Shown here piece after piece: positions 1 through 9,349 of a stretch of 64,000 nucleotides of DNA (position 1 is the first letter of the stretch; every line of letters begins with the position of its first letter). The position numbers were made by a program, and so were the translations under genes. The stretch is from sequence record AP018399.1; one strand, given 5' to 3'. The notes under the pieces are model-generated. The model was not told where the DNA came from and did not search any database. It saw only the letters and a program-made list of their open reading frames with translations.

Positions 1-170
1 ACGGGGAATGACGATGGGGTCTTCGGTTCCGGTGTAGGACAGGACGATGTGGGCATCCGTGACGTATTCGGACACGTCCTCATTACCGATGTACGGAATG
101 AGGATATCGCCGGGATTCAGGCCGAGTTGTTCGGCGACGGGATGGTCGGTAACGACGTAGCGACGGGCCA

Positions 171-302
171 TTACAGTTCCACCACTTCCAGCACCCACGG
201 GCGCTCATCGGCGGGCAGGGAGTTGATGGCCTCTTCCTTGGAATTGGCGTTGACGTTGTGCTGACCGCCTGCGACGATGATGAGGTAATTCTTCATTGTC
301 AT
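171..302 (-). CDS. small hypothetical protein (43 aa)
   Basis: ATG 302, TAA 171; directly downstream of promoter at 319-358. Confidence 0.5.
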   Translation of the reverse strand: MTMKNYLIIVAGGQHNVNANSKEEAINSLPADERPWVLEVVEL

Positions 303-318
303 TCCCTGCTGTTGGTTG

Positions 319-358
319 GTGTGTTTATTATAGGCGATTGAGTTGGATTGTCAAGCTT
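319..358 (-). promoter_or_regulatory. sigma70-type early promoter, copy 1 of a 40-bp exact duplicate
   Basis: minus strand TTGACA-16-TATAAT; identical to 564-603. Confidence 0.8.
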
Positions 359-543
359 TAGATGATGAGATTTACCAGAGACAGGGAAACGAGGGCCGTA
401 TATGCGCAAATCCAGTTGATTCGGCCGTTTCGTTCCTCTTCGGAAAAATTGCCGGTGATGAGGGTGAGAATACGCTTCATGGTCATGGCCGAGAAGACCA
501 CAAACATGATGGTAGAGAAGAGGGTGAAAAGCCCGGTAATCAT
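358..543 (-). CDS. small membrane protein (61 aa)
   Basis: hydrophobic MITGLFTLF...; start chosen downstream of promoter 564-603. Confidence 0.6.
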   Translation of the reverse strand: MITGLFTLFSTIMFVVFSAMTMKRILTLITGNFSEEERNGRINWICAYTALVSLSLVNLII

Positions 544-563
544 GGGTATTATTCGCCGATGTA

Positions 564-603
564 GTGTGTTTATTATAGGCGATTGAGTTGGATTGTCAAG
601 CTT
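564..603 (-). promoter_or_regulatory. sigma70-type early promoter, copy 2 of 40-bp duplicate
   Basis: identical to 319-358. Confidence 0.8.
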
Positions 604-985
604 CCAAATCGAAATAGATTTCGTCATCATCGCCGCGATAGATGCGACCAGCATAGCGACCGGCGTTGCATCCTTCCTCATATTCCTTCCACCATGCCTC
701 ATCCGGATTGCTGGGCATGTCGCATTCCCGCATGTCACCGGCAATCCATTGCAGGATGAGGGCATCCACCATTGCATCGGTGTAGTCTGCGATTTCTTCC
801 GCCGTGTAGTCGGAAGAATTGATGATGAAATGTTCCTTGTCCTGTCGGGCGATTTCGGGCAGCAGGTTGGTCGCATCGGCCACCGCCTGACACCACGTAA
901 TCTGACCAGCGCTCAGACCGAGTTCGGCTTGGCTGGCCGAGTAGGAGCGGGGATTGATGGCAGCGACCAGCTTCGTGATGTTCAT
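596..985 (-). CDS. hypothetical protein
   Basis: ORF MNITKLV..., own promoter at ~1013-1040. Confidence 0.7.
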   Translation of the reverse strand: MNITKLVAAINPRSYSASQAELGLSAGQITWCQAVADATNLLPEIARQDKEHFIINSSDYTAEEIADYTDAMVDALILQWIAGDMRECDMPSNPDEAWWKEYEEGCNAGRYAGRIYRGDDDEIYFDLEA

Positions 986-1023
986 GGCTTGATGCCCTTG
1001 TGTGGTGTGTTTATTATACACAC

Positions 1024-1311
1024 TTAGATGGCAGATGCAACATGCTTGCGCAGCAGTTCCGCGATTTCCACGGCCATTGCATCCGGCTCTTCGCTGTTCT
1101 CTTCGCGAAGGTCATTGATGTGGTCATAGAAGCTCAGCAGAATGCAGACCATCGTGTGATGCACGTTGACGGTCGCGCCATAGCCATTATTGAAGCCCCG
1201 GTACAGGGTATAGATGATATCGCGGGAACGATTCGACCAGAACTTGGTGTGCGTATCCTCATAGATGCGCTCGGCCTGCTCATAGGTGAATTCGATGGTG
1301 TAGATGTTCAT
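1024..1311 (-). CDS. hypothetical protein
   Basis: ORF MNIYTIEF..., own promoter at ~1339-1366. Confidence 0.7.
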   Translation of the reverse strand: MNIYTIEFTYEQAERIYEDTHTKFWSNRSRDIIYTLYRGFNNGYGATVNVHHTMVCILLSFYDHINDLREENSEEPDAMAVEIAELLRKHVASAI

Positions 1312-1369
1312 CGTATGGTTCCCTTGTATGTGGGTGTCATTATACACAAATAAATTAAGCCGTCAAGTG

Positions 1370-1414
1370 TTGACATTATAATTTAGTTGCTGTAAAATGG
1401 ATGGCAGGCCGGGA
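1370..1414 (+). repeat. orphan promoter module copy 1 (TTGACA-17-TAAAAT-GGATGGCAGGCCGGGA)
   Basis: conserved ~24-bp core found 12 times in window. Confidence 0.85.
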
Positions 1415-1462
1415 CTACAGCGCGCGGACAAAAAGAAAGGGAGCCAATCGGCCCCCTTCCTG

Positions 1463-1699
1463 TTACACTGCCCCGATGTACTTGGGGGCGGGTTCCATGT
1501 TGTGGAATCCCAGCTTGATGATGGTATGCTCTTTGTACTTGATGAAGTGGAAGATGAAGAACAGGCGGAAACAGATATCGCCTTCATCATCCACATTCCA
1601 CTTGAAAAGCATGTGCGGAATGTGGTAGCGATTCCACGCCCACCAGTATTGCAGTTTGATGCGGGCCTTGTACCACAGCGCGCGAATCTTCCAGCGCAT
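1463..1699 (-). CDS. hypothetical protein
   Basis: ORF MRWKIRALWY...; terminator hairpin at ~1420-1450. Confidence 0.6.
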   Translation of the reverse strand: MRWKIRALWYKARIKLQYWWAWNRYHIPHMLFKWNVDDEGDICFRLFFIFHFIKYKEHTIIKLGFHNMEPAPKYIGAV

Positions 1700-1700
1700 G

Positions 1701-2375
1701 TTAGACCCCCATCGCTTCGCGGACTTCGGCGGGCAGCAGGGCGAAGCGTTCGGCGTTGATTGCATTGTAATCGTAACCGTCTTCCTTCGTGTCCATCCAA
1801 TGCAGCATCCACATGAAGGGAGTTTTCGGCCACTTCTTGACGAATTCGCCGGTTTCCTTCATCCGGGTCAGCTTGTACACGAACGCTTCGCGGATATCGT
1901 AGTCGCCGACGAACGTGTAATCGCCGCGTTCGCCTTCGCAGCCACCGGAACAGCCGGACGGGTAGACGTTGTTTTGGTCGTTCGCCTTCCATGCGAAATA
2001 GACCTTGCCCATGTTCAGCGACGTGGTGCGGTAGGTTTCCATCGTCAGCAGGGCCGACAGTTCCGGATTCCAGTAGATGCGCTTTTCCTCGTCGCTCGGC
2101 TCTTCCGTATCGTCCCACGGATTGCCCTTGAACGCGACGGTTGCCAGCAGTTGGAAGCCCTGAGCCTCCACGATGGCGACAGCCTCGGCGAAGGTGATGT
2201 TGTAGTGCGTATCACGGGCAGCGCTGAGAGCATTGCGCTTGAGTTCGTTGTGACGCATGGCGAGAGCGAGGCCCAGCAGGTTGCTTTCCTCGGTCCGACG
2301 CTCGCCGGTCAGGCGTTCGGCCACGTCGATGGGGTCGAAGTCGAGGATGGTTTCCAGCGTGCTATTCTGCGGCAT
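1701..2375 (-). CDS. hypothetical protein (224 aa)
   Basis: long ORF, phage-like codon bias, promoter upstream. Confidence 0.75.
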   Translation of the reverse strand: MPQNSTLETILDFDPIDVAERLTGERRTEESNLLGLALAMRHNELKRNALSAARDTHYNITFAEAVAIVEAQGFQLLATVAFKGNPWDDTEEPSDEEKRIYWNPELSALLTMETYRTTSLNMGKVYFAWKANDQNNVYPSGCSGGCEGERGDYTFVGDYDIREAFVYKLTRMKETGEFVKKWPKTPFMWMLHWMDTKEDGYDYNAINAERFALLPAEVREAMGV

Positions 2376-2427
2376 TTGCCTTGTCCCGTGTGAGTGTGTG
2401 ATGATTATACCGAATTAACTTGAAATG

Positions 2428-2829
2428 TCAATCGGTCAAATCAAAATATTTCGACGTGTTGATGGTGTGCGTCTTCTTGTCGGCGTACACTGCATTGCGC
2501 AGGCCGAAATAGTAGTTGTGGAACTTCTCGTTTTGGTCGTCGCTCATGCGGTCGGTGTACTGGTTCCAATACCAGTTGACCAGCAGACAGGTGAAGGCAG
2601 CGGAGACGGTCAGGCGGTCGGCCGTCACGTCGTTGTAAGCTGCGCTCATGGTCAGTTCATCGCCATCGCACGGCAGCAGCAGGATGGTCAGGCCGTCGAT
2701 GTTGGCGGTGCCCCACTGTCCACCGTTGAAGTCGCGGACCTTCTTGCGAGCCACAGCCTGAGCGTAGGCATCGAAGTGGAAGCCCTGAATCGGGTCCAGA
2801 CCGAATTGCTTGATGAAGTCGATATCCAT
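2428..2829 (-). CDS. ArdB/KlcA-like antirestriction protein
   Basis: size and motifs FNGGQW, SAAFTCLLVN, YYFGLRN and terminal xxD resemble the ArdB/KlcA family. Confidence 0.55.
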   Translation of the reverse strand: MDIDFIKQFGLDPIQGFHFDAYAQAVARKKVRDFNGGQWGTANIDGLTILLLPCDGDELTMSAAYNDVTADRLTVSAAFTCLLVNWYWNQYTDRMSDDQNEKFHNYYFGLRNAVYADKKTHTINTSKYFDLTD

Positions 2830-2881
2830 GACTGCCTCACTTCGTTGATGTGTGGTTATAATACCACACTTAAATTATATG

Positions 2882-3280
2882 TCAAGCCTCTTCGCGGAAA
2901 AGAATTCGCAGCGCGCGGGATAGCCAAAAGCCACCGACTGCGCTAGCCTTCTCCCGGTTGAACATGACTTGTCCATCCCGGAACGTCACCACGTCGTCAT
3001 CCTCGCCCGTTTCGTAGGCCACGACGTAGAAGCCTGCCCGGTCAGCCTCACGGGGAAAGCGGCAGAATGAGGCCATCATTTCAAGCGAATTCCACGCGAA
3101 GACGAATTCACGGCACCACAGGCGATTGTTTACCGTCTGGTAATCGTGCGATGCGTGACCCTTGCGGGCCAATTCGGTGGGTTCCTCATGGGCCATGATG
3201 TTGTGCGAAATGCTCGGGCACTTGGAACGGCCGGTCAGCGGACCCAATCCATCCCTGTCTTCCAGTCGATAAACGAGCAT
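2882..3280 (-). CDS. hypothetical protein
   Basis: ORF MLVYRLEDRDGLGP... Confidence 0.7.
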   Translation of the reverse strand: MLVYRLEDRDGLGPLTGRSKCPSISHNIMAHEEPTELARKGHASHDYQTVNNRLWCREFVFAWNSLEMMASFCRFPREADRAGFYVVAYETGEDDDVVTFRDGQVMFNREKASAVGGFWLSRALRILFREEA

Positions 3281-3346
3281 TGCATTTCCCCGTGAGTATG
3301 TGTTAAGTATACACGAAAGAAATTGAATGTCAACAATAATTTAGAC

Positions 3347-3390
3347 TTGACAGGGTTATAATTTAGGTGTAAAATGGATGGCAGGCCGGG
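3347..3390 (+). repeat. orphan promoter module copy 2
   Basis: TTGACA-17-TAAAATGGATGGCAGGCCGGG; bidirectional terminator at ~3431-3460. Confidence 0.85.
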
Positions 3391-3472
3391 GATGTGTATC
3401 CCATGAGAAACATTGTAAACAATAAGCAACAAAAAGCCCCGACTTTCGCCGGGGCTTTTCGTGTGGTAGGGT

Positions 3473-3772
3473 TCAGGAAACCGTCTTGAGGGATTCGCGC
3501 TTGTCGATGTATCCCTTTTCGACCAGCGTATCGAACAGGGCGCAAAGGCCGTTGTTGCGATTCTTGACGGTCATGCGACCGGGGATGTTCTGGCGAACCT
3601 GACGGTCTTGGAAGATGATGGTTTCGAAGCTGCGGACCGAACCGTCTTCACGACGCTCCACCTTGCCTTCCACGGCCATCGCGTAACCCGGACGGCCATC
3701 CGGCTTGTGGGTGTAGAGATTCCAGTGGTAGCCTTCCTGCGTGGACGGAATGTACTGGCTGTCGCTGCTCAT
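3473..3772 (-). CDS. hypothetical protein
   Basis: ORF MSSDSQY..., own promoter. Confidence 0.7.
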   Translation of the reverse strand: MSSDSQYIPSTQEGYHWNLYTHKPDGRPGYAMAVEGKVERREDGSVRSFETIIFQDRQVRQNIPGRMTVKNRNNGLCALFDTLVEKGYIDKRESLKTVS

Positions 3773-3819
3773 CTTGTGGCCCTTGTTGGTTGGTGTGAGT
3801 TGATTATACACCTATTGTT

Positions 3820-4164
3820 TTAATTTGCAATAGGCAATTCACCAGCCGCTTCATCCTGTCGCCACTTGGGCACCGGGACATTCTGCATTGCTTCCATGAC
3901 ACCACCTTCCGCACTCTTGGCTGCGGTGATAGCATCGTGATACAGACGCTTGCCGAGGAAGTGATAGCCGTTCAGGGCTTCCGGCATGTTCTTGGTGAGT
4001 TCGTTCACGGCGAACCACATGCGGGAATTGAAATTGTCTTCCGTGAATTCGGCCTTGATGCCTTCACCGATTGCGCGGAAGATGGCGTCACGTTCGGCCG
4101 CATGGAAATGGCTCATGTGGTTGCGGATGTAGCGAGCGACCCACCAGCGAATCAGACGACGCAT
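3820..4164 (-). CDS. hypothetical protein
   Basis: ORF MRRLIRWW... Confidence 0.65.
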   Translation of the reverse strand: MRRLIRWWVARYIRNHMSHFHAAERDAIFRAIGEGIKAEFTEDNFNSRMWFAVNELTKNMPEALNGYHFLGKRLYHDAITAAKSAEGGVMEAMQNVPVPKWRQDEAAGELPIAN

Positions 4165-4165
4165 G

Positions 4166-4369
4166 TTAGCGGCCCTTGAATGAGTTGTGTTCGGCGACGA
4201 TGGTTTCCGCCAGTGCCAGCCCGTAGACGGTTGCCACAACGTCCGCTTCCGTGTCACCGTTGGGCGTGCCGTTGTCGATGCGAATCGTCCAGTTGCCATG
4301 TGCATCGGGACATTCGTCCACAATCCACTTCTTCTTGATGCGGTTGAGTTCGCTGTCGAGCTTGTTCAT
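4166..4369 (-). CDS. hypothetical protein
   Basis: ORF MNKLDSEL..., own promoter. Confidence 0.65.
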   Translation of the reverse strand: MNKLDSELNRIKKKWIVDECPDAHGNWTIRIDNGTPNGDTEADVVATVYGLALAETIVAEHNSFKGR

Positions 4370-4420
4370 GGTGGCGATTCCGTTGAGTGTGTAATAATTA
4401 TACACACTCAAATGAAATTG

Positions 4421-4639
4421 TCAACCCTTCTTTTTATTTTCGTCTCGGGCTTGACGGAAGCCGCGCAGCTTGTCAAGCTTGCGCCACACGTCCCGCTGCA
4501 CCAGCTTGTATTCTGGGGCGTTCAGGGCGTCGAGGCGCTGGCTCAGGTCTTCGTAGTAGCTCAGCAGTAGATTGAGGTTCGCATCACTCAATGCGTCCCC
4601 ATTGTCCAGCGCTTCGTTAGCCGCTCGCAGTTTGTTCAT
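4421..4639 (-). CDS. hypothetical protein
   Basis: ORF track, phage-like codons. Confidence 0.65.
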   Translation of the reverse strand: MNKLRAANEALDNGDALSDANLNLLLSYYEDLSQRLDALNAPEYKLVQRDVWRKLDKLRGFRQARDENKKKG

Positions 4640-4803
4640 GCGATGCGGCCTTCATAGGGATTGCCCGCCTTCCACGATTCCGGCGAACAGGTATCGGAAT
4701 GGCGGGACGTGTGGTTGGTCCAGTAGACCTTGCCATCTTCCACCTTGACCAGCGTGTACGTCGAGCCACGCCACTTGACTTCGTTCGGGAGATTTTCGCT
4801 CAC
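4636..4803 (-). CDS. small hypothetical protein
   Basis: GTG start after GAGG, TGA overlaps next ATG. Confidence 0.5.
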   Translation of the reverse strand: MSENLPNEVKWRGSTYTLVKVEDGKVYWTNHTSRHSDTCSPESWKAGNPYEGRIA

Positions 4804-4840
4804 GGCCTTGCCTCTTTGATGATGTGTTTATTATAACACG

Positions 4841-5134
4841 TCAAAAGTATTTGTCAATATCCTGTTGCATCTTGACAATGCCAACGGGATTGGCAGAATG
4901 GACACGGACCACAGCCGGAACGGTCGCACCTTCCAGCTTGCGCATGATGATGTATTGCAGCACGTCCCAGCCCGTCATTTCCTTGTTTCCGTAGAATGAC
5001 GCGATATCGTGGTCTAGCGAAACTTCATCGTATTCGCCAGAGTCGAGCATGACGATGGCTTGATGAAAGTTGCGGGCCACGTCCCAGCCTTCGGGGCATG
5101 GCCGCAAATCATCCACGTACAGCCTGCGGCTCAT
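4841..5134 (-). CDS. cyclic-phosphate-processing receiver-domain protein
   Basis: LYVDDLR...P.GW, VSLDHD, TGWD, VHSANPVG signature motifs. Confidence 0.8.
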   Translation of the reverse strand: MSRRLYVDDLRPCPEGWDVARNFHQAIVMLDSGEYDEVSLDHDIASFYGNKEMTGWDVLQYIIMRKLEGATVPAVVRVHSANPVGIVKMQQDIDKYF

Positions 5135-5328
5135 TCGACTTTGCCCGTGCCGTGGCAGTAGGTGCAACGCTCTTCGTAGTTTTCCACTTTGGTAGACGGG
5201 AAATAACCCATCCCCAGCGCGGCACCCATGATGACGCCCATCGCCATATCCGGGACAACACGGGTTTGCGTGCGGGTGCCCTTGCCGTAGCAGAAACTAC
5301 AATTGCGCTTCTCTTTCTTGTCGCTCAT
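5131..5328 (-). CDS. DnaJ-type zinc-finger small protein
   Basis: two CxxCxGxG motifs. Confidence 0.6.
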   Translation of the reverse strand: MSDKKEKRNCSFCYGKGTRTQTRVVPDMAMGVIMGAALGMGYFPSTKVENYEERCTYCHGTGKVE

Positions 5329-5654
5329 TACAGCTTTTCCTTGAGTTGACGCATGATTTCCAGCGAATCATTGCGGTACAGCTTCATCGTGTGGTGAATG
5401 TCTTCCACGTCCAGCACGATGTAAAATGAATCATCGTTGTGGTCTTCATCCCAATCAGCCACAGCGAAGTTTTCACGCGGGAAGATGATGATTGAATCAT
5501 TGTCTTCACCGACGTAGAAAATGATTTGGTCGGTTGCGTCGGAATAGCCAACGCTCTCCACCAGCGTTGCACCGTTGACGATGATGGTCACGGAAGCGAG
5601 TAGCAGGGCAATCGCTCGGCCGGATTCGATGGGGTTTGCAGGCTGGAAAGGCAT
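5328..5654 (-). CDS. hypothetical protein
   Basis: ORF, stop overlaps next start. Confidence 0.65.
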   Translation of the reverse strand: MPFQPANPIESGRAIALLLASVTIIVNGATLVESVGYSDATDQIIFYVGEDNDSIIIFPRENFAVADWDEDHNDDSFYIVLDVEDIHHTMKLYRNDSLEIMRQLKEKL

Positions 5655-5684
5655 TGTATGTTCCTTAGTTGAGAAAGGCCGGGA

Positions 5685-5798
5685 TTACTCCCAGCCCTTC
5701 TTTGCGTGCTTCTCTTTGCGCTTGTAGTCGTTCTTACGGTCGCGATGGGTAGCGGCCTTGTTGAACTTGTGGGCGTTCTTGGCGACCGGGTTGTTCAT
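5685..5798 (-). CDS. small basic protein (37 aa)
   Basis: MNNPVAKNAHKFNKAATHRDRK..., own promoter. Confidence 0.65.
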   Translation of the reverse strand: MNNPVAKNAHKFNKAATHRDRKNDYKRKEKHAKKGWE

Positions 5799-5857
5799 AG
5801 CACTAGCTCCGTAGTTGATGTGTGCTAGTATACTTATAATTTTCCCGGTGTCAAGCG

Positions 5858-6252
5858 TTATTTGTTCGCTTCGATGATTTTTTCTGCGAACTCCACGACT
5901 TCCCACATGGCATTGCGAACTTCACCGTATCCGGCAGAATGCCCATCATCGTATGCCTTGGAATAGCAGGCATTGAACGTGGCATCATTCAGATGGGAAT
6001 GCTCGCCGCGCAGCTTTTCCTTCCAGATGCCTTCCAGCACGGAACGCTGATGGCGGTAGATGCGTTCGGCGTCCGCGTAGGCCACCATATCGCGCTCATG
6101 GGCTTCCAGTGCATCGGCATGGGCACGGAAGTCGGCCGGGTCTTGTCGCGGCCCAGCGTGGAAATGCTCGGCTTCTGCGGACGGCTCGGGTAGGGCAGTT
6201 CACGCAGGGCGGTTTCGATTTCGGCGAACGTGTTGTCGGTCGTGATGTTCAT
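5858..6252 (-). pseudogene. gene split by a single-base frameshift near 6138
   Basis: 395 bp = 132 codons minus 1 nt; N-terminal frame (…GRDKT) joins the -1 frame (PADFRAHADALEAHERDMVAY…). Confidence 0.6.
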
Positions 6253-6282
6253 GTGTTTATTATAGTCCCTTATCTTGAAATG

Positions 6283-6513
6283 TCAAGTGGGTTGACGTTC
6301 TTTCATGCGCTGTTGGATGATGCGCAAGCGCTGCTCTTCGGCCGTGGTCGGCGGCAGATGGTCGCGGTAGCTCTTGACCACTTCGTCAACGTGCCACGAC
6401 GAAATCATGCCCTTGTCGTCCAGCTTATCGCCGTGTGCGAACTGCACGAAAGCTTCGAAGCTTTCCGGTTCCAGCAGACGGGATTCCGCGACTTTCTTGA
6501 GGTCGTGCCACAT
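6283..6513 (-). CDS. hypothetical protein
   Basis: ORF MWHDLKKV... after GGAGG-like RBS. Confidence 0.65.
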   Translation of the reverse strand: MWHDLKKVAESRLLEPESFEAFVQFAHGDKLDDKGMISSWHVDEVVKSYRDHLPPTTAEEQRLRIIQQRMKERQPT

Positions 6514-6515
6514 GA

Positions 6516-6674
6516 TTACTTCCCTCCGATGAGGAACAGGGCCAGCGAACCGAGGAACCACAGCGCGGCGATGGTGGCGATGCTGTTGAACTTCGGACGG
6601 TACCAGTTGTTCTTGTAGGCTTCGACCAGCGTCAGGATGATGAGGACGATGCTGATGAGGTTCCAGAGAATCAT
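6516..6674 (-). CDS. small membrane protein (52 aa)
   Basis: two hydrophobic stretches, MILWNLISIV... Confidence 0.55.
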   Translation of the reverse strand: MILWNLISIVLIILTLVEAYKNNWYRPKFNSIATIAALWFLGSLALFLIGGK

Positions 6675-6745
6675 GCGGGCCGTTCCGTAGTGGGTATGTG
6701 TGTAGAATATAGGGGTTAACTTCTCTTGTCAACCCCTATTTTCAA

Positions 6746-7011
6746 TTAAAATCCCTTCGACCAATCCTCAACGCCCAAGATTTCGAACAGGCGTTCGCGG
6801 GTGACCACTTCGATAGCCTTCATATCGCGTTCGGCCATGATTCGATTGGCCTGCCGGACCGCACCATGCATGGTCGTGTAGGCAAAGTTTTTGCGCAGGT
6901 AGGCCGCATCGAAGTCACGGGTGAAGTATCCCGGCTTATGTGATTCGCGGGCTTGCGCATCCACACATTGAACATGGGGGCATTCGGGTCAATGATGTAG
7001 AACGTGTCCAT
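6746..7011 (-). pseudogene. gene split by an apparent single-base frameshift near 6940
   Basis: 266 bp = 89 codons minus 1 nt; MDTFYII…KPANH frame joins KPGYFTRDF… frame. Confidence 0.45.
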
Positions 7012-7088
7012 TTCGGCACCGAGTTGGAGTATGTGTGTAAGCATACGCCATCCAATCCCGGTTGTCAAGTGCTTTACACAAATAAAAA

Positions 7089-7115
7089 CGCCGACTAGGA
7101 TTGCGCTAGTCGGCG
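7089..7115 (-). terminator. intrinsic terminator
   Basis: 10-bp stem CGCCGACTAG/CTAGTCGGCG followed by T-tract on minus strand. Confidence 0.75.
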
Positions 7116-7531
7116 GTGAATCTCTCAAAACCCCTATTTCGGCAACAATCGGGGGCCGGGGTGTGCATCCCCTCTCAAATCCCTTCACGTTGAATGTATG
7201 CACCATTCAACCTATAGAAGCGCCGTCCGCTCTTCCGGGTTCACTGTCACGGCTCCGCAACGTCCCGACTTCTCTAGGGATACATTCCCTACTGTTTCGA
7301 CATGCAATAAGGTCATAACTCCCTATCGTCTCACATGCCAGCGTCAGGCTTGAACAGTTGTCAATCTTTTAAATTAGTCAAAAGTTTAAGCGTCTCAAGA
7401 TGAAATTAGGTCATGGTATTAGAAGGCACTACCCTCCTTTTCACTATTTAATTTATCAGTTCACTTAGGGCCGGACTGGTTACCGGGAGAGATTGCAGGT
7501 TATCATACCTGCATCATTTGTCAAGCGGTTT

Positions 7532-7765
7532 TTACTGCTTGAAACCGTAAGCAATGAAACCGCCACGGGTGTCGCCGTCAATCTTGTCCGTGCCCACCTT
7601 GTAGGAGCGGCCAAAGATATCGAACAGTTCCGTTTCCGGGGCCAGCGTGGCAAGCTCTTCCGGAGTGATGAGGGACAGTTCGGTCCCTTCGGCCAGCACC
7701 GGTTCCCGGTCTTCGTTACCCCACTTGAACGTCGGGTGGTTGACAGTCCACTTTGCGCGATTCAT
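7532..7765 (-). CDS. hypothetical protein
   Basis: ORF ending IDGDTRGGFIAYGF. Confidence 0.7.
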   Translation of the reverse strand: MNRAKWTVNHPTFKWGNEDREPVLAEGTELSLITPEELATLAPETELFDIFGRSYKVGTDKIDGDTRGGFIAYGFKQ

Positions 7766-7813
7766 TGCATATCCTTGTGTTGGTGGTTTATTATACCACG
7801 TCGAAACGGATTG

Positions 7814-8134
7814 TCAACGTCGTCCGGCAAATGCCATTGCACGCATTGACCGCTCATCGCTCGCCCGGTTCCAATACCGGTCCTTGCAGTTGTTCCGCCC
7901 CTTGTTCGAACAGAACGCTTGCTGATACGATTTCTTCTTGAACGTGTTGCCACAGCCCGGACACTTGCATTCGCTGCCGGTCTTGGTTGCCTTGGCGACT
8001 TCGTACAGGTTCAGGCTTCGCAGCTTGGCGATTTCACGGGCTTTGCGTTCCCGCTCTTCCTCTTCGGCTGTCCACCCGTCTTCCAGTAGGTCAGACAGGT
8101 ATTCACCTTCGCTGATTTCGTTCGGGTCATGCAT
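7814..8134 (-). CDS. zinc-binding hypothetical protein
   Basis: CKCPGC...FCS...NCKD cysteine cluster. Confidence 0.65.
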   Translation of the reverse strand: MHDPNEISEGEYLSDLLEDGWTAEEEERERKAREIAKLRSLNLYEVAKATKTGSECKCPGCGNTFKKKSYQQAFCSNKGRNNCKDRYWNRASDERSMRAMAFAGRR

Positions 8135-8313
8135 TAGCGGTACTGCCTCCGGCGTAGTTCCTCGTCCAGTGCCGCCCGCCATTCCCAGCCGTAGAAGTCG
8201 CCGGTTTCGTCGCCACGGGAGAATGCGTCTTCCTTTGCCAGCTTGGCATCGGTCCATCGCCGCATGTTCTTTGCAACGCGACGGCGGTACTGCTTGCGGT
8301 CTTCGTGTGCCAT
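8134..8313 (-). CDS. small hypothetical protein (59 aa)
   Basis: translationally coupled to both neighbours. Confidence 0.55.
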   Translation of the reverse strand: MAHEDRKQYRRRVAKNMRRWTDAKLAKEDAFSRGDETGDFYGWEWRAALDEELRRRQYR

Positions 8314-8549
8314 TAGTCGGTTTCTTCGTTGGGGTAATCGAAAAACGTACCATCATTTCCGATGGCAATAAGTTCGCTTTTCAGCGATTCATCGGGGACA
8401 AGTTCCGACAATACGGTGTCCACCGACCCACGAATCATGTTCCCCGTGTCACACTCATCCAGAATATCCAAGAGAGTGTAATTTTCCAGCTTGTCGTCGT
8501 CGGTATGATACACGACGAATTGCAGAACGCTCTTACGCACATTACTCAT
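8313..8549 (-). CDS. hypothetical protein
   Basis: ORF MSNVRKSV... Confidence 0.6.
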   Translation of the reverse strand: MSNVRKSVLQFVVYHTDDDKLENYTLLDILDECDTGNMIRGSVDTVLSELVPDESLKSELIAIGNDGTFFDYPNEETD

Positions 8550-8686
8550 ACTTCTTCCTCCATTTCTTCCAGTTCTTCGGAGTCCATGTGGCAGTCGAGG
8601 CCGCACGCACGGCAACGCAGATGGGTGGTGTTGCCCAGAGTGCCCAGCAGGGTGAAGTTGTAGCTGCCGCAACCGTCGCACTGCAT
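8546..8686 (-). CDS. small zinc-ribbon protein with acidic tail (46 aa)
   Basis: CDGC...CRAC; own promoter. Confidence 0.55.
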   Translation of the reverse strand: MQCDGCGSYNFTLLGTLGNTTHLRCRACGLDCHMDSEELEEMEEEV

Positions 8687-8740
8687 CGTCTTGACTCCTG
8701 ATTGATTGTGTGTGAATTATAGCTCAGGTCTGGGTGGCTG

Positions 8741-9349
8741 TCAAGTCCAGCCCATCGACTTGATGAACTCGGCTTGGCGTGCTTCCGCTTCCTTACGCTT
8801 CTTGCGTTGCGCATTGAGGAAACGATTATACTTCTGTTTCATACCCTTGACGATAGCAGCAGCATCGTGGCGAATGCTGACAGCCGTTTCCACGTCGTTG
8901 ATGGTGTTGGCATAGTCGCAGCGGTGGTCCAGAGACAACGCATAGCGAACGGAATGGAACGGGATTTCGATTTTGAAAAACGCCGTGATTGCCTTGAGAA
9001 CTTCCAGCGCAGTTGTACCGGACGAAATGAAGTCGTCGCAGATAATCCACACGGGCTTACGGTCGCCGAGGATGATGCGGGAATGTTCGATAGAGCTACC
9101 GTGGCTCTTTTCGTTCTTCTTGCGAACGTACACCGTGCCAAAATCCACGGTATCGGTCTTGGTGATGAACATGCTGATAGCAGTCGCAGCAGTCGTGCCC
9201 GACATGCCACGATAAACGAGAATGGGGAACTTGCCGTCTGCAATGAGAGCGTCAACTTCCTTGGCGATTGTCCGGCCCCATTCCGCCATGTAGTGCGGAT
9301 TCATGGAGCTACCATAGTGACTCTTGCGGTTTTCGTTCAGTCGGCTCAT
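8741..9349 (-). CDS. type I phosphoribosyltransferase-like protein
   Basis: PRPP-binding loop WIICDDFISSGTT; RGMSG and YVRK motifs. Confidence 0.8.
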   Translation of the reverse strand: MSRLNENRKSHYGSSMNPHYMAEWGRTIAKEVDALIADGKFPILVYRGMSGTTAATAISMFITKTDTVDFGTVYVRKKNEKSHGSSIEHSRIILGDRKPVWIICDDFISSGTTALEVLKAITAFFKIEIPFHSVRYALSLDHRCDYANTINDVETAVSIRHDAAAIVKGMKQKYNRFLNAQRKKRKEAEARQAEFIKSMGWT

